The notes below the pieces were generated by a model that saw nothing but the letters and a program-made list of their open reading frames with translations, ran no database searches and had not been told where the DNA came from. A DNA stretch of 64,000 nucleotides from Mobula hypostoma (taxonomy: Eukaryota). The DNA is taken from positions 238,950,001-239,014,000 of the forward strand of contig NC_086097.1 in assembly GCF_963921235.1 (NCBI RefSeq), in the 5' to 3' direction. Within the stretch, counting starts at the first letter, position 1; the number at the start of each line of letters is the position of its first letter. Shown piece after piece: positions 50,965-63,730 of the stretch. The translations under genes and the position numbers were made by a program.

Positions 50965-51420
50965 TTACACTTTATATTCCACCTGGGTAGCTTCCAACCT
51001 GACAGCATGAATATTTATTTCTCCTTTCAGTTTAAAAAAAAATCTCTCCCATTCCTCCATTCCCCACTCTGATATTTTACCTCTTCTCACCTGCCTATTT
51101 CTTCCCACTAGGTCCCCTCCTCCTTCCCTTTCTCCTCTGGTCCACTCTCCACTCTTATCAGATTCCTTGTTCTCCAGCCCTTGATCTTCCCCATCCACCT
51201 GTCTACACCTATCACCTTCAAGCTAGCCCCCTTCCTCTCCCACCACCTTTTTATTCTGGTATCTTTCCCCTTCTTTCCCAGTCCTGAGGAAGGGTCTCGG
51301 CCAAAGATGTCAACTGTTTATTCATTTCCACAGATGCTGCCTGACCTGCTGAGTTTGTCCTGCATTTTGTATGTGTTGCTTTGGATTTCCAACATCTTTA
51401 GTCTCTCTCATGTTTATGAT
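50965..51420 (+). mobile_element. PLE 3' fragment with decayed hammerhead
   Basis: CT-rich 3' region; CAGTCCTGAGGAAGGGTCTCGG at 51279-51300 with the GAAAC motif lost. Confidence 0.7.
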
Positions 51421-51482
51421 TTGCTAATAACAAGATAGGGTTTGCCACAATCTGAAATTGATGAAAAAACAATTGGTCTGAG

Positions 51483-52180
51483 AGCACACACAAAATGCTG
51501 GAGGAACTCAGCAGGTCAAGCAGCATCTATGGAAAGGAATCAATAGCTGAGACCCATCTTTGCTGAAGAAGGTCTCAACACAAAACATTAATTCTTTATT
51601 TCATAGTCATAGTCATAGTCATAGTCATACTTTATTGATCCCGGGGGAAATTCGTTTTCGTTACAGTTGCACCATAAATAATAAATAGTAATATGTAAAT
51701 TATGCCAGGAAATAACCAGCCTATTGGCTCAGGGTGTCTGACCCTCCAAGGGAGGAGTTGTAAAGTTTGATGGCCACAGGCGGGAATGACTTCCTATGAC
51801 GCTCTGTGTTGCATCTCGGTGGAATGAGTCTCTGGCTGAATGTACCCCTGTGCCCAACCAGTACATTATGTAGTGGATGGGAGACATTGTCCAAGATGGC
51901 ATGCAACTTGGACAGCATCCTCTTTTCAGACACCACCGTCAGAGAGTCCAGTTCCATCCCCACAACATCACTGGCCTTACGAATGAGTTTGTTGATTCTG
52001 TTGGTGTCTGTTACCCTCAGCCTGCTGCCCCAGCACACAACGGCAAATATGATCGCACTGGCCACCACAGACTCGTAGAATATCCTCAGTATTTCTTTCC
52101 ATAGATGCTGCCCGCCCTGATGAGTTTCTCTAGCATTTTGTGTATGTTACCCTGGATTTCAGGCCTTTGCAGAATCTTTT
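51483..52180. mobile_element. Palindromic PLE-terminus element split by Rex1
   Basis: Arms ACACAAAATGCTGGAGGAACTCAGCAGG and CCTGATGAGTTTCTCTAGCATTTTGTGT. Confidence 0.65.
51603..52089 (-). mobile_element. Rex1/Babar LINE 3' end
   Basis: ORF 51721-52068 (VASAIIFAVVCWG...ILDNVSHPLH); (CATAGT)4 tail on the + strand; TSD TATTTC (51597-51602, 52090-52095). Confidence 0.85.
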
Positions 52181-52359
52181 ATATTTACAGTATAACTGGC
52201 CTGGCAGCTGCCCACAGCTCACTGATTGTGGTTCAATTGGTATGGATCACAGGTGTGCCATCCTCAGACTGTGAATCAGATTGTGACCAATCCCACCCAA
52301 TGGGTCCACTAACTGAAATATGAAATGACCCAGTATCATAAATGGCTGGCTAAGTAATT

Positions 52360-53475
52360 AAGACCATAAGACCATAAGACAAAGGAGCAGAAGTCGGCCA
52401 TTCAACCCATCGAGTCTGCTTCGCCATTTTATCATGAGCTGATCCATTCTCCCATTTAGTCCCACTCCCCTGCCGTCTCACCATAACCTTTGATGCCCTG
52501 GCTACTCAGATACCTATCAATCTCTGCCTTTAATACACCCAATGACTTGGCCTCCACTGCTGCCCGCGGCAACAAATTCCACAGATTCACCACCCTCTGG
52601 CTAAAAAATTTCTTCACATTTCTGTTCTGAATGGGCGCCCTTCAATCCTGAAGTCATGCCCTCTCGTACTAGACTCCCCCATCATGGGAAACAACTTTGC
52701 CACATACACTCTGTCCATGCCTTTTAACATTCGAAATGTTTCTATGAGGTCTCCCCTCATTCTTCCAAACTCCAAGGAATACAGTCCAAGAGCGGACAAA
52801 CGTTCCTCATATGTTAACCCTCTCATTCCCAGAATCATTCTAGTGAATCTTCTCTGTACCCTCTCCAACGTCAGCACATCCTTTCTTAAATAAGGAGACC
52901 AAAACTGCCCACAGTACTCCAAGTGAGGTCTCACCAGCGCCTTGTAGAGCCTCAACATCACATCCCTGCTCCTATACTCTATTCCTCTAGAAATGAATGC
53001 CAACATTGCATTCGCCTTCTTCACCAATGACTCAACCTGGAGGTTAACCTTAAGGGTATCCTGTACAAGGACTCCCAAGTCCCGTTGCGTCTCAGAGCTT
53101 TGAAATCTCTTCCCATTTAAATAATAGTCTGCCTGTTTATTTCTTCTACCAATGTGCATAACCATACACTTTCCAACATTGTATTTCATTTGCCACTTCT
53201 TTGCCTATTTTCCCAATCTATCCAAGTCTCTCTGCAGACTCTCTGTTTCTTCCACCTATCTTTGTATCATCATCAAACTTACCCACAAAGCCATCTATTC
53301 CATAATCCAAATCATTGATGTACAATGTTAAAAGAAGCGGCCCCAACACAGACCCCTGTGGAACACCACTGGTAACCAGCAGCCAACCAGAATGGGATTC
53401 CTTTATTCCCACACTCTGTTTCCTGTCAATCAGCCAATGCTCTATCCACGTATGTAACTTTCCTGTAATTCCACG
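52360..53475 (-). mobile_element. CR1 3' fragment
   Basis: ORFs 53218-53412 and 52614-53189; same subfamily as 30619-31585. Confidence 0.95.
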
Positions 53476-53784
53476 TAATCGCCTGTAATTAGAAAGAAAT
53501 GTCTCTCATTGAGATTCAGAGACCAGGGAACCAGATTTAAAAATTTGATCAAAGGACACTTGGGCCTTTGAGAAGAGAATTCTTTACATGGTTAAGATTT
53601 GGAATACACGGCCTATGGTTGCCATGGCAGGGATATTGACCAGCTCATATCTCCAAAGTAGGAATGGTTGGCATGTAAGAGAATAATTTTCAGAGTTCTG
53701 TGGGAAAAAGCAGGGACATGGAACTGAAACAATTATTCTGCAAACAGCCAACACCGATTTGATGGGATGAATGGCTTCATTCAC

Positions 53785-54035
53785 TTTACTGTACAGGCAA
53801 CCTGGGTTAAATTCCTGCTGTTGCCTATAAGGAGTTTGTATATGATCTTCCCGTGACTGCATGGGTTTTTGCTGGGTGCTCAGGTTTCCTCCCCTGGTCC
53901 AATGACATACTAGTTGAGGGGTTAATTAGTCATTGTAAATTGACCCATGTTTAGGCTAGGATTAAATCATCGAATTGGTAGACATGTGACTCAAAGGGCT
54001 GGAAGGGCCTATTCCACGCTGTATCTCAATAAATA
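53785..54035 (+). mobile_element. V-SINE with CR1-type tail (HE1-like)
   Basis: V-domain followed by AAGGGCTGGAAGGGCCT..GCTGTATCTC, resembling the CR1 3' hairpin. A minus-strand fragment lies at about 54445-54562. Confidence 0.7.
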
Positions 54036-54599
54036 AGCAAATTTATGCCAACACATACAAAAAATATTTTAATACATAACAAATGTCCTGCAACTGTGCA
54101 TTCAGTTTAAATTCCAAAATATAGTTGTAATGACAATGAAACCGAATTTCAGAAGCAGAGCAGAACACATAAACAGTACAATTAGAATGTATGACTATTT
54201 CTTGTAACTGATGGCAAGTTTCTCTTTATAGTGTTCTAGTACACAACTGGTATTCCGTAATATCCTTCCTCCCTGAGGCTGTCATTTATAATTTATACCA
54301 TTTTAACTTTACATTTGTGTGATTTTTAAACTCTATTTCCCAAGTTATTAGTAATTGGTGTCTCATCTGAAACTTCGGCAATTATGCATGAATTCAGAAT
54401 CAGAATCGGGATCAGGTTTGATATTTATTATTTATTGTGATACAGCACTGAGTAGCCTTTTCCGGCCCTTCAGATTGTGCCACCCAGCAATCCCCCGATT
54501 TAATCCTAGCCTAATCACAAGATGTTTTACGATGACCAATTAACCTATCAACTGGTACATCTGTTGAAATATAATGAAAACTATTTTCATTAGCATTTA

Positions 54600-55846
54600 A
54601 GCTCAAATTGGAGCAATTTGGATCCACTCCAATTTGACTCCTGTTGCAACAGGTCAACAGCAGATGCCAATTCATTGGCTCTTTACTCAACCCTCAAATG
54701 TCTGGGCAGTGAAGATGCCTACATCAAGGTGATCTTCATTGACTACAGCTCTGCATTCAATATTGTAATCCTCTCAAAACTAATCAATAAGCTCCAAGAC
54801 CTTGGCCTCAATACCTCCTTGAGCAACTAGATGCATGATCTCCTCACTTGCAGATCCCAATCAGTACGGATTGGCAACAACCACAAAGTTATGTGGTTAG
54901 CCTTCTGCTCTACTCACTTTTTACGTAAGAAGGTGAGGCTAATCACAGCTGTAATAACATTATTAAGGTTGCTGATAATAACACTGTGGTGACGAATCAA
55001 CATACAGGAGGGAAATTGAAAATCCGGCTCTATATGCCAAAACAACAACCTCTCATTCAATCGCAACAAAAACAAAACAATAGAGGTGATTATTAACTGC
55101 AGGAGGAGGAATCCAGATTTCCATGACTCAGCCCTCATCAGAGGATCAGAGGTGAAGAGGGTCAGCAATTTCAAACTCATCAATATTTCATTTCAGAGGA
55201 TATATTCTAGGACCAGCACATAAGTGCCATCACAAAGACATTTGCAAAGATTTAGGTACTTCATCTAAAGCGTTCACAAACGTCCATAGATGCACGGTGG
55301 AGAGTATACTGATGAAAACACCAACGTCATTGAATGGAAAAGCTTATAAAAAGTATTGGATACAGCCTAGTCCATTATGGGTAAAGCCCTCCTCACCAAT
55401 GAGCACATTTACAAGGGTCGCTATCACAGGAAATCGGAATCCATCATCTGGGACCCCTACCATCCAGGCCACGCACTCTTCTCTTTTGCTAGCATCAGGA
55501 AGAAAGTACAGGAGCCTTCGGACCAATGCCACCAGGTTCAGGGGTAGAACCATCAACATCTTGAACTGGAGGGCTCACTCACCCAACTCAACTTCACTCA
55601 TCCAACACTGAACTGTTCCCACAACTAAAGGACTCACTTTCAAAGAACCTTCATCTCACGTTATCAATATTTATTCTTTATGTGTTTTATTATTATTTTG
55701 TTTGTTCTTTTCTCTTTTTGTATTTGCACACTTTGTTGATATGCACGTTGGTTGGTTATGTGTCTTGTGCATCGTTTTTCATTGATTCTATTGTGTTTCT
55801 CTGTATTTACTGCGAATTCCTGATAATAAATTTACTTTGAACTTTG
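54600..55846 (+). mobile_element. Rex1/Babar-type LINE, RT and 3' UTR, decayed
   Basis: DPLQF..NRSTADA..FIDYSSAFN; tail AATAAATTTACTTTGAACTTTG. Confidence 0.85.
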
Positions 55847-55859
55847 CGGACTATTGGGT

Positions 55860-56945
55860 CAGTGCAGTAGCGTAGTGGTTAGCATAATGCCATTACAGCA
55901 CCAATGACCTTGGTTCAATTCCCGCTGCTCACTGCAAGGAGTCGGCACGTTGTCTCTGTGACCAAGTGGGTTTTCTCCTGCATTCCAAAGATGTAATTGG
56001 GCACATTGTTCACATGGAGTTATTGGGCAGCATGGGATTGTTGAGGCAGAAGAGACTGTTAAATTGTTGTATCTCTCTCTCTCTCACTATAACTTTATTG
56101 CTGGTTACTCAGTAATTATCCGTAGTTTATTAAAATGCACTTTTGTTGCATTGTGTATATATTTAAATTTATTGGGATTTAATTGTTAAATCTCCTGATT
56201 CTTTCTTGAAATTCCTCTGTCTCCGAGGAAATACAGCATCGCTACTGACTTCTGAGCCATGACTCTACCCACCTCCCCAAAGCAGCGCAGTAATATTTAA
56301 CACGGTACTGAGAACATGCATCAGGAACACACAGAAACCCCACATAAGCAGCAGAAGTGTACACTTCTTCAACTGCCCACCTGCCCTGTAGCCATCACCT
56401 GCCCCATCCATAGTAGAGTCAGCCATTTTCCCACAGTAAACTTATCAACTGTGGCACGATAGCATAGCGGTCAGAGCATTGCTTTACTGTGTCAGCTGTA
56501 AGATTGGGGCTCAATTCCTGCGGCTGTCTGTAAGGAGTTTGTACGTTCTCGCTGTGGATGCGTGACTTTCCTCTGGGTGCTCTCGTTTCTTTGCACATTC
56601 CCAAGATGTACGGGATAGGGTTAGTGAGTTGTGAGTGTGCTATGATGTCACTGGAAACGTGGCAACGCTTGTGGGTTGCACCCAACACAATCCTTGTTGA
56701 TTTTCGTCAGAATCGGAATCAGGTTTAATATAACAGACTTATGTTGTGGAATATGTTGTTCGGCTGCAGCAGTACCTTCCAATGCATAACAAAACCTAAA
56801 AATTACAACGAGAAATATAAATTTAAAAAATTGAATAAGTAGTGCAAAAAAGAGAGCAAGAATAATATGGTAGAAAAGAAGTGAGATTTGACACAAATTA
56901 TGCATTTCACCGAATGCTTAGCTGCACATGTGATAAATAAAACTA
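55860..56945 (+). mobile_element. Two V-SINE copies (55860-56075; 56450-56945, the latter split by a LINE tail)
   Basis: A box TAGCGTAGTGG, B box GGTTCAATTCCC and V-domain motifs. Confidence 0.7.
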
Positions 56946-56969
56946 ATTTAATCCAGTCTAAAAACTGGT

Positions 56970-58185
56970 TTGACAGGAGATTTGATAAAAGTATGCAAAA
57001 TTATGAGGGAAATAGATAGAGTAAAGGCAAGCAGGCTTTCTCCACTAAGGTCAGGTGGGACTGCAACTAAAGGTCAAGGGTTAAGGGTGAAGGATGAAAA
57101 GTTTAAGAGGAACATGAGGGGAAACTTCTTCACCCAAGGAGTTGTGAGAGTGTGGAATGAGCTGCCAGCAGAGTTGCAGCATGTAAACTCAATTTCAACT
57201 TTTAAGAGAAGCTTGGACAGGCACATTTTGGTAGGGGTACGGAGGGCTGTGGTCTAGGTGCAGGTTGATGGAGTAGGCAGTTGAAATACTTTGGCATGGA
57301 CTAGATGGGCCAAAGGGCCTGTTTCTGTGCTGTCATTTTCTATGATTCTATAGATTGCAAGTAAGTTATCCTGGATCCTGTGGAAATTGCCTAAGCAGGT
57401 AAATGTTTTTATGAAGTCAGTTTCTGCTCTTATTGTCTTTTGGTGCCTCCATTAAATACTTCAACAGCATACTGGAGTATAATGGAGGATCAGAGGGATT
57501 TTGGGGTCCGAGTCCATAGGGCACTTAAAGGTGCTGCGCAGGTTGACTCTGTGGTTAAGAAGGCATATGGTGCATTGGCCTTCATCAATCATGGGATTGA
57601 GTTTAGGAGCCGAGAGGTAATATTGCAGCTATATAGGACCTTGGTCAGACCCCACTTGGAGTACTGTGCTCAGTTCTGGTCGCCTCACTACAGGAAGGAT
57701 GTGGAATCCATAGAAAGGGTGCAGAGGAAATTTACAAGGATGTTGCCTGGATTGGGGTGCATGCCTTATGAGAATAGGTTGAGTGAACTTGGCCTTATCT
57801 CCTTGGAGAAACGGGGGATGAGAGGTGAGCTGATAGAGGTGTATAAGTTGATGAGAGGCATTGATCGTGTGGATAGTCAGAGGCTTTTTCCCAGGGCTGA
57901 AATGGCTAGCAGGAGAGGGCACAGTTTTAAGGTGCTTGGAAGCAGGTACAGAGGACATGTCAGGGTAAGTTTTTTAAGCAGACAGTGGTGAGAGCGTGGA
58001 ATGGGCTGCCAGCGTTAGTGGTGGAGGCGGATACGATAGGGTCTTTTAAGAGACTCCTGGATAGGCACATGGAGCTTAGAAAAATAGTGGGCTATGAGTA
58101 ACCCTAGGTAATTTCTAAGGTAAGGACATGTTTGGCACAGTTTTATGGGCCAAAGGGCCTGTATTGTGTTTTAGGTTTTCTATGT
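56970..58185 (+). mobile_element. Two CR1 3' fragments (56970-57350; 57470-58185)
   Basis: ORFs 56970-57257 and 57440-57991; TTTCTATG-type tails. Confidence 0.9.
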
Positions 58186-58689
58186 TGTCCTCAAATGCAG
58201 TCAGGAGAAACTAATCCAATTCCATTCCCTGAAATCAAATTGGAAAACATCCAACACAGAAGGAAGAATCACTGGGAACAAATGGAATCCCTAATTTATT
58301 TCTGACATATAATCAGATAGTGACAACGTCACAAAGATCTTTCATACCTTGTGTGTTCAAGTTGCATTGGAATATCATTTTAATTGCACATGTTCACATC
58401 CTTTCCTATCACAGAAGAAAACTCAGCTAACAAAACAATGTGCTGCTCAGGTTCATCAGAATTCTGCTGAAATATGTTGTAAAATATTTAACTCCCTTGG
58501 TATAATTATGTTTTACCATAACTGGCGGTCACAGAGTGTACCAGAAAACATGCTTCAGTTGGATTAGATACTAACTCCATTTTCCAGAGTCACAATCATT
58601 TTATAATAACTTCCTAAAAAATTAAATATGCCAGGAATTTATACTAATCAGCAAAAACTGTATACTAATCAACAGGGTATAGTTCCCTA

Positions 58690-59700
58690 CCAGTGAGCAA
58701 CGAATTCCTTGCATTCAACATCAGTAAGACCGAAGAATTGATTGCGGACTTCAGAAGGGGTAAGAAGAGAGAATGCATACCAGTTCTCATCAAGAGATCA
58801 GTAGTGGAAAGGCTGAGCAATTTGAAGTTCATGGGTATCAACATTTCTGTTCCTGTCATGGTCCCTTCTGGCAATCCCCCACCTTGCTATTTGCCTCGAG
58901 AATTGGGCCTCGATCACCTCATTTAGATTCCAATTATTCCCAGGTACCACTAACTACACGCACCTGCTTCCCATCAGAAACGGCAGGATAAAAACCCTGT
59001 AACCACAGCAAGAAGCCACCAGTTCATTGGTTGACTCTTGTGAGAGTAAACCTTGTTTCCTTTTCCTGAGAACTGTTAGTTCTAAGCTTCACATTGTCTC
59101 CCTGTTCGTGGAGGTGCTACGCCTAATGTCTCTGCCTCAGCATCTGTGTCCTGCACTTGGGTTCGTACCCAGCCATGTCCTTGCAACAGTTCTGGGCTCA
59201 GCATATCGATGTAGCTCCAAAAAAGGCACGATAGCGGCTATATTTCATTGGGAGCTTGAGAAGATTTGGTACGTCACCAAAGACACTTGCAAATTTCTAC
59301 AGATGTACTGTACAGAGCATTCTAACTGGCTGCATCACCGTCTGGTGTCGGGGTGTGGCGGGCGGAATGGTTGAAGTGTATGCACAGGGTTGAAACAACC
59401 TGCAGAAAGTTGTGAACTCAGTCAGCTCCATCCTGGGCACTAGTCTCCCCAGCATCCAGGACATCTTCCAAGAGCAATCCTTCATTAAGGACCACCTCGC
59501 CCAAAACCCAGGACATGTTCTTTTCTCAATGCTACCATCAAGGGGGAAGTACAGGACCCTAAAGCCACTCTCACTCAATGATTCAGGAACAGCTTCTTCC
59601 CCAGTGCAATCAGATTTCTGAATGGCCATTGAAACCATGAACTCAACCTCACTACTTTATTTTTCTGTTTTTGCATGACTTACTTATATCCATATATTCC
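58690..59700 (+). mobile_element. Rex1/Babar-type fragment hosting a solo LTR
   Basis: LAFNISKTEELIADFRR and FYRCTVQSILTGCITVW. Confidence 0.8.
58854..59188 (+). mobile_element. Short solo LTR, 335 bp
   Basis: TGTCA...CAACA termini; flanks GTTCC / GTTCT; host Rex1 sequence resumes after it. Confidence 0.7.
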
Positions 59701-59714
59701 ATTCAATGGCATTG

Positions 59715-60450
59715 GTGTTTTCATACCAGGACATGATGTAACCAGTCAGTATACTCTCCACCATGCATATATAGAAGTTTGTCAATGTTTTAAATGACAT
59801 ACCAAATCTTTGTAGTGGCACCATAGAGCCTGATTTTCAATCTCCCTCCAATATGTTAATTCATTTCCACAGTGTAATCATCAGCAAAATTAAAAGTGGT
59901 AATGGTATTGTGATTAGTTTCACCTTCATAAGTATAAAGCAAGTAGAGCAGGGGGCTAAGCCCATAGCCTTGTGGTGCAACTGTGCTGACGATGATTGTG
60001 GAGAAGATGTTGGTGCCAATCCAAACTGACTGGGATCTGCAAGTGAGAAAATCAAGGATCCAGTTGCACAAGGAGGTATTGAGGTTTATTGATTAGTTTT
60101 GAGAGCATTAGTGTTGAATGAAGAGCTATAGTCAATGAAGATCATCTTGGTATATGCAGCTTCACTGTCCAGATGTTCAAAGTTTTTTAGATTATGAGGA
60201 CACGCAGTCCTCTTTTATTGTTATTTAGTAATGCATGCATTAAGAAATAATACAATGTTTTTCCAGAATGATATCACAGAAACACATGACAAACCGACTG
60301 AAAAATTGACAAAAACCACATAATTATAATATATAGTTACAATAGTGCAAAGCAATACAGTAATTTGATAAGAACAGATCATGGGCATGGTAAAAAGTCT
60401 CAAAGTTTGAGTGTAGAGCCAATGAAATGGCATCTGCTATTGATCTTTTG
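59715..60450 (-). mobile_element. Rex1 RT fragment with a nested 214-bp LINE 3' UTR (60186-60399)
   Basis: [20 protein letters not shown] and FADD motifs; nested insert has TSD TCAAAGTTT (60177-60185, 60400-60408). Confidence 0.8.
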
Positions 60451-60789
60451 CAACTAGAGTGGATCCAAGTTGTTCCAATTTGAAATGAAATGCTAATGAA
60501 AATAGTTTCCATTACTATTGTACAAATATTACTCAGCAATTTCAGAGCATCTGTTAATTCAAGCAACAAAATCTTAAAAATAGATTTAAAAAAAGCACTC
60601 CAGGATAAAATTAAGATGGCATAAATCATAGATGACAGGTAAAGATAAAAAAAATCTTACAGGATATTAGTCTGTACCAGAATGCTTGGAAAAATAGCCA
60701 GCAGTCTGTTACTAAAAATGGAACATACAACGCAACCTGATAGCATCTATTCAGCATGTACATATATATGGAGATCTGACCCAGACCTG

Positions 60790-62626
60790 ACTTGATATCT
60801 CTTTTTTTCCTTTTCAAGGTTATTTTGAAGACCCTGACCTGGAGTTACACTCTGACTTTAGTTCTTTGCGGGAATGGGACCCGCTCTCGGGGCCTCACGA
60901 GCAGCCGCTTTTTGATATCCCAAGGATACGGCCTGGGAGACTAGTGTGACTTCAGGGTTCCGAATTTTCATGGCTCTGGAGACAGGCTGACTCAAGGCCG
61001 ATGCCCCTGACTGAGGCGTCGCGGGGGAACATGGAACAGCAGAATACTGACATGGATTGAAAATTGGCTGGCTGACAGAAAACAAAGAGTCGCGATTAAC
61101 GGGTCCCTTTCGGAATGGCATGTGGTGACCAGTGGGGTACCGCAGGGTTCAGTAGCTGTTTACAATATATATTAATGATTTAGATGAGGGAATTAAAAGT
61201 AACATTAGCAAATTTGCTGATGACACAAAGCTGGGAGGCAGTGTGAAATGTGAGGAGGATGTTATGAGAATGCAGGGTGACTTGGACAGGCTGGATGAGT
61301 AGGCAGATGCAGTTTAATGTGGATAAATGTGAGGTTATCCACTTTGGTGGTAAGAACGGGAAGGCAGATTATTATCTAAATGGAGTCAAGTTAGGAAAAG
61401 GGGAAGCACAACAAGATCTAGGTGTTCTTGTACATCAGTCACTGAAAGCAAGCATGCAAGTACAGCAGGCAGTGAAGAAAGCTAATGGCATGCTGGCCTT
61501 CATAACAAGGGGAATTGAGTATAAGAGCAAAGAGGTCCTTCTGCAGCTGTACAGGGCCCTGGTGAGACCACACCTGGAGTACTGTGTGCAGTTTTGGTCT
61601 CCAAATTTGAGGAAGGACATTCTTGCTATTGAGGGAGTGCAGTGTAGGTTCACAACGTTAATTTTCAGGATGGCGGGACTGTCATATGTCGAAAGATTGG
61701 AGCGACTGGGCTTGTATACTCTGGAATTTAGAAGGCTGAGAGGGGATCTTATTGAAACATATAAGATTATTAAGGGATTGGACACGCTGCAGGCAGGAAG
61801 CATGTTCCCGCTGATGGGTGAGTCCAGAACCAGAGGCCACAGTTTAAGAATTAGGGGTAGGCCATTTAGAACGGAGTTGAGGAAAAACTCTTTCACTCAG
61901 AGAGTGGTGGATATATGGAATGCTCTGCCCCAGATGGCTGTGGAGGCCAAGTCTCTGGATGCTTTCAAGAAAGAGATGGATAGAGCTCTTAAAGATAGCG
62001 GAATCAAAGGTTAAGGGGAGAAGGCAGGAACTGGATACTGATTGTGGATGATCAGCCATGATCACAGTGAATGGCGGTGCTGGCCTGAAGGGCCGAATGG
62101 CCTACTCCTGCACCTATTGTCTATCGGGAGTAGTGGGTTAGGTGCCGTGGGGTGTGTGTCCAGAAACCTGAGACTTGGGGCTGACTCTTTGGGCGCAGAG
62201 CACAGAAAAAATAATGTAACAGACTATAAACATCATAAATCAGGGAGTTGTGTGTTATGTCTCTCCTCTTGCTGTGAAAAGAGGACATCTCTTTTTCCCT
62301 TATTAGGCAGAAAGAGAGCCTGTGGTATATCGAATTACCGGGTGAAGAAGTAGTCTTTGGGGTACTGCAAGTCTGTGTCTTTATTGATGCTTTGCTGCCT
62401 GCTTATGCTTGGTCGATGCTTTTTTCTGGTGGGGGGGTGGACATTGCCTTGCTGCTGCTTGTGCGTGGGGGTGGAAGCTGGAGAGGCTTTAGGGTTCTAA
62501 AGTTATACTGTCATTCATTCTTTGGGACACTCCTCTGTTTTTGTGGATGCTTGCGAAGAAAAAGAATTTCAATATGTATATTCTATACATTTCTCTGACA
62601 TTAAATGTACTTATTGAACCTATTAA
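60790..62626 (+). mobile_element. Family A copy 2, split by CR1
   Basis: Shares GACCCTGACCTGGAGTTACA, CTCTTTTTCCCTTATTAGG and GACATTAAATGTA with copy 1. Confidence 0.7.
61037..62123 (+). mobile_element. CR1 LINE, 5'-truncated
   Basis: ISKFADDTKLGG and ORF 61277-62014; TATTGTC tail. Confidence 0.95.
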
Positions 62627-62794
62627 AAGCTAGAAGCAACTGTGAAGGAAAATAAAATACTACTCGTGAGATAGTAATTAGTGAGGCTCAAATGGGAAAG
62701 TCTCTCCATTGTTGGTGGCCTTAACTTCAATATTGTCTATCTCTTCTCCCCATCAAGCCTTTCTCCTTAATTATCACATGGCCAGCCTCTTTGA

Positions 62795-63730
62795 TCAAAA
62801 CTCATACAAAATGCTGGAGGAACTCAGCCGTTCAGGCAGCATCCATGGAAATGAAAAAACAGTCAACGTTGCATCCCTGTATCTTTCTTCAGGACTGGAA
62901 AGGAAGGGGGAAATTAACAGAATAAAAAGTTGGGGAGAGGGGAAAGGGGACTAGCTAGAAGGTGATCACTGAAGCCAAACAGGTGGGAAAAGTAACAGGC
63001 TGGAGAGAAAGAAATCTGATAGGAGAGGAGAGTGGACCAAAGGAGAAATAGAAGGAGGAGGGGACCCAGAGAGAGGTGATAGGAAGGAGAAGAGGCCAGA
63101 GAGGGGAATAAAATACGGGGGAAGGGACGGAAATTTTTACCAGAGAAAGAAATCTATATTCGTGCTATAAGTTTGGAAGCTACCCAGACAGAATATGAGG
63201 TGTTGTTCCTCAAACCTGCAGGTGGCCTCAAGATGAAACACGGGAGAAGTCTATAGCAGGCAGAGGAGAGAGAGGCCTGAAGATGTGGCAGGAACTGAGA
63301 CAGAGTCTGCACCTTTCTCCTCATAGCAGAGGGTGGCACCTAAAATTCCGAGTGAGAAGCGACAGAAGAAGCAGTCAATCAAACGTGAGTACCTGGGATC
63401 TTCAGGGGATCATAACTGGGATCCCTGAAAATGAAGCTGGAAGCCATGCAGAACAAGATGGCAGTGATGACAAGTCCCCAGGAAGTATACGTGTCCGTGT
63501 AGTGAGTCTGGGACAGCACATAGTCAGAGAGTTGGAGAGCAGCAGACATCACAGGGGGAGCAGTGAGAAAGAATCTCTCTGAACTCCTGTCGAAGAGAAG
63601 ATTTAAACTTCCTCAGGGTAGGCATCCCTTGAAGATTCGGCAGTGGAGCAGAAAATCATAAACCCGAGATATTCTGCAGATGCTGGAAATCCAGAGCGAC
63701 ATACACAATGTCGGAGGAACTCAGCAGATC
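62795..63730 (-). mobile_element. PLE fragments, decayed
   Basis: 62800-63235 is the reverse complement of 50965-51380-type sequence; the terminal motif recurs at 63670-63730. Confidence 0.6.

Noticed and set aside
51602..51630. Short tandem arrays (CATAGT, GATTCT, ACCATAAG, TTTCTATG) as CRISPR or telomeric repeats
   Set aside because: They are LINE 3' tails with no spacers, in eukaryotic DNA.
63283..63582. 99-aa ORF
   Set aside because: Lies between PLE fragments and is probably antisense to decayed PLE sequence.
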